64,000 nt of DNA from an uncultured Methanosarcinales archaeon (GTDB lineage: Archaea > Nanobdellota > Nanobdellia > Woesearchaeales > ARS49), in the NCBI GenBank assembly GCA_964508495.1, contig CAZDUA010000003.1, positions 8,867 to 72,866 on the forward strand, given 5' to 3'. The notes under the pieces were generated by a model. The model worked only from the letters and a program-made list of their open reading frames with translations, did not search any database and was not told the origin of the DNA. Shown here piece after piece: positions 61,491-64,000 of the stretch (positions are counted from its first letter, which is position 1; the number at the start of each line of letters is the position of its first letter). The position numbers were made by a program, and so were the translations under genes.

Positions 61491-62452
61491 AATATTCTGT
61501 AAATTTCAACTGCGAGGAATACAAGGTATAATCCTACGAATACTATTCCATGTTTCCACGTGAGTTCTTTTTTGTTCATCCAGAACATCATTAGCGTTAT
61601 TGCTGCGGCAAGGAAGAATAGCGCGTTGGCTGCTTGTGCAATATTCACTTCTATTGGTCTGAACAGTGCGACTAGTCCGAAGAACAGGAGCAGTTCTATT
61701 ATTAATGAGCCCAATAAGTCTCCTAGTCCTATGCCTGCGTGTTTTTTGTATAGGGAGCGGAGTTCTACTGCGATGTCAGGAAGTGTTGTTCCGATTCCGA
61801 TGACTGTTAATGCAATGAAATAGTTTGGAAGCGAGAAATAGTCTGCGATTCTTATGCTGCTTACTACGAGCCATTTGCCTGATAGCATGAGTGCGACAAA
61901 ACAGCCTAGGAAGATGAACATGTCTTTCCATATTGCTTTGAATTGGACTTGCTTTTTGATTTTGCCGAACGTGCCTTCCATCCTCCAAAGGTTTAGGAGG
62001 TATATCAGGAAGGCAATTACGAGTATTGCTCCGTCTGGCCGGCTTAGTTGTCCGTCAAGCGCGAGTATGAATGGGAGCATGAGTGCTGCCCACATTGCGA
62101 ATCTTTGTTTTGTGAATATGTTTGATTCGAGTTTTATCTTTTTGCCAAGTATGGCTATGATTCCCAGGGCGAATGCAGCGTGCACCATGTTCGTTCCGAT
62201 TATTGCTCCGAATCCTACGCTCGCGCTTCCTGCAAGGAATCCTGATAGCGAGCTGATGATTTCTGGCGCGGATGCCGCCATGGCAACAACCACTAATCCT
62301 ATGATTGCATCGCTCAGGCCAAGTTTTTTTGCGTAATCGCTTATTCCGTCAAGAAGCAGGTCTGCGCTTTTGAATAGTATGTATAGGCTTGCTGCTAGTA
62401 TTATTCCATTAAATAGAAGTGGGTGTGCTAGTGCCTCAGGTATTATTGACAT
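61487..62452 (-). CDS. Sodium/calcium antiporter (CaCA, YrbG-like)
   Basis: Alpha-repeat motifs AASAPE...IIGTN and GTTLPD...LLGS; about 10 TM segments. Confidence 0.9.
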   Translation of the reverse strand: MSIIPEALAHPLLFNGIILAASLYILFKSADLLLDGISDYAKKLGLSDAIIGLVVVAMAASAPEIISSLSGFLAGSASVGFGAIIGTNMVHAAFALGIIAILGKKIKLESNIFTKQRFAMWAALMLPFILALDGQLSRPDGAILVIAFLIYLLNLWRMEGTFGKIKKQVQFKAIWKDMFIFLGCFVALMLSGKWLVVSSIRIADYFSLPNYFIALTVIGIGTTLPDIAVELRSLYKKHAGIGLGDLLGSLIIELLLFFGLVALFRPIEVNIAQAANALFFLAAAITLMMFWMNKKELTWKHGIVFVGLYLVFLAVEIYRIL

Positions 62453-62543
62453 TTTGCCTCTTTTTGTGTGCTTTTAAAAGATAATTGCTTATATATTTAC
62501 TTATTCGTAAACCTTATATACTGCTTCCTTTCACCTGAAAGTT

Positions 62544-62951
62544 ATGCCAGTTGTCGGTTTAGCGTTTAACAAAATTGTTGTTGAGAAGCACAACCCTGTT
62601 AAGGGTAAAGTGCAGGTTAACAATAATGTTACTCTGAAGGATGTTGAAAAGACTGATTTGAGTATTGGTAGTTCTAAGCAGGGCGCTTTGAAGTTTCATT
62701 TTGAGTTTACTGCTAAGTACGAGCCAAAAATTGCCGATATTACTATGGTTGGATTTTTGACTTTTTTTGAAAAGCCTGAAGCTGTCAAGGAGATTCTTGA
62801 TGGCTGGAAGAAGGACAAGAAAATTCCCAAGGAAATTATGTCTAGTGTTTTGAACACTGTTCTTTCAAGGTGTAATGTTGAAGCAATGTTGTTAGCAAGA
62901 GAAGTTAACTTGCCTCCCCCAATTCCTTTGCCTAAAGTAACTGTTAAGTGA
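62544..62951 (+). CDS. Conserved archaeal hypothetical protein (possible SecB-like fold)
   Basis: Four beta strands followed by helices and C-terminal ..VNLPPPIPLP; TATA upstream. Confidence 0.65.
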   Translation: MPVVGLAFNKIVVEKHNPVKGKVQVNNNVTLKDVEKTDLSIGSSKQGALKFHFEFTAKYEPKIADITMVGFLTFFEKPEAVKEILDGWKKDKKIPKEIMSSVLNTVLSRCNVEAMLLAREVNLPPPIPLPKVTVK

Positions 62952-63013
62952 TTTTCTACTGTTTAGGAAAGACTTTTAAATGATGAGTGCTATAATATGC
63001 ATGGGTGTAGGGT

Positions 63014-64000
63014 ATGCCAGCTGATATTAAACTAAAAGTTGCAGAAGCTATACAGGACGACGTTAACAAAGGTATTGTTAGGGTTGACTCTAGTTTTATG
63101 CGTGAGATTGATGTTCGCCCTGGTGATATTGTTGAGATTGAGGGCACTAGGAAGACTGTTGCGATTGTTGACCGTGCTTACCCTGGTGATATTGGGCTGA
63201 ATATTATCCGTATGGATGGTCTTTCTCGTAAGAACGCTCGTACTTCTATTGGCGAGCTTATTGCTGTCAGGAAGGCTAAGGTTGAGCCTGCCAAGAAGGT
63301 TGTTATTGCTCCTGCAAGGGAAGGCATTGTTGTTCGTGCTAGTGCTAACATTTTCAAGCAGGGTCTTTTGGGGCGTGCTTTGACTAAGGGCGATATTATT
63401 TCTCTTGGTGGTACCAGAAGGCGTCGTACTGCTATGAGCCAGAGTCCTTTTTTTGATGAAGTTTTCAACATGATGGAAGAAAGCATGATGGCCTATGGTT
63501 TTGGTGACTTGAAGTTTGTTGTTGCTGAAACTAATCCTAAGATTCCTGTGATTATTACGGAGCAGACTGAGGTTGTTTTGAATTCTGAGGCTGTTGAGAT
63601 TAAGGATGAGGCTATTCTTGAGGTTTCTTATGAGGACATTGGCGGTCTTGAAGAGGAGATTAAGAACGTACGCGAGATGATTGAGCTTCCGTTGAAGCAT
63701 CCTGAGATTTTTGAGCGTTTGGGCGTTGAGCCTCCAAAGGGAGTTCTATTGCATGGTCCTCCTGGTACTGGTAAGACTCTTTTGGCTAAAGCGGTAGCAA
63801 ACGAAACTAATGCGCATTTCATTTTAATCAATGGTCCTGAGATTATGTCCAAGTATTACGGTCAGTCTGAGGAAAATCTTAGAAAGAAGTTTGAGGAAGC
63901 AGAAAAGAATGCTCCTTCAATAATCTTCATTGATGAGATTGATGCTATTGCGACAAAGCGTGAGGAAACTAAGGGCGAGGTTGAACGTCGTGTTGTTGCT
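63014..64000 (+). CDS. cdc48: Cdc48/VCP-family AAA+ ATPase (partial, runs off the window)
   Basis: [68 protein letters not shown]. Confidence 0.96.
   Translation, partial: MPADIKLKVAEAIQDDVNKGIVRVDSSFMREIDVRPGDIVEIEGTRKTVAIVDRAYPGDIGLNIIRMDGLSRKNARTSIGELIAVRKAKVEPAKKVVIAPAREGIVVRASANIFKQGLLGRALTKGDIISLGGTRRRRTAMSQSPFFDEVFNMMEESMMAYGFGDLKFVVAETNPKIPVIITEQTEVVLNSEAVEIKDEAILEVSYEDIGGLEEEIKNVREMIELPLKHPEIFERLGVEPPKGVLLHGPPGTGKTLLAKAVANETNAHFILINGPEIMSKYYGQSEENLRKKFEEAEKNAPSIIFIDEIDAIATKREETKGEVERRVVA

Noticed and set aside
355..63852. Numerous 60-240 aa antisense or alternative-frame ORFs in the track (e.g. 5459..6190, 23134..23808, 36327..36929, 41019..41690, 63032..63700)
   Set aside because: They are shadows of well-supported genes produced by biased codon usage, with low-complexity translations and no motifs.

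Overview
A gene-dense 64-kb stretch of an archaeal chromosome. The compact genes, unlinked 5S rRNA and small conserved hypotheticals suggest a DPANN/Woesearchaeota-like lineage (inference). It is mostly housekeeping: secF/secD, aRF1, aIF5A, aIF5B, AlaRS, SerRS, L37ae, L40e, RpoP, prefoldin, SMC, Cdc6, PINA ATPase, RNase HII, Nre, RtcB/archease, YchF and DRG GTPases, Cdc48, nucleotide enzymes, a 5S rRNA and five intron-less tRNAs. I found no CRISPR array, transposase or integrase. The most notable observations are: (1) a two-gene, split homologue of the eukaryotic ribosomal prolyl hydroxylase OGFOD1/Tpa1; (2) a three-gene ATP-citrate-lyase-type operon; (3) an anticodon-domain-less class I LysRS paralogue with an altered amino-acid pocket, coupled to an atypical Ser/Thr kinase; (4) an intact GGEEF diguanylate cyclase in an archaeon; (5) a 146-bp highly structured element bounded by duplicated tRNA-Pro 3' ends; (6) a tandem triplet of unknown paralogues followed by a gluzincin-like gene; (7) palindromic TATA boxes shared by divergent, apparently leaderless genes; and (8) strong strand-specific codon usage. 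All family assignments come from motif recognition by eye, not from database searches.
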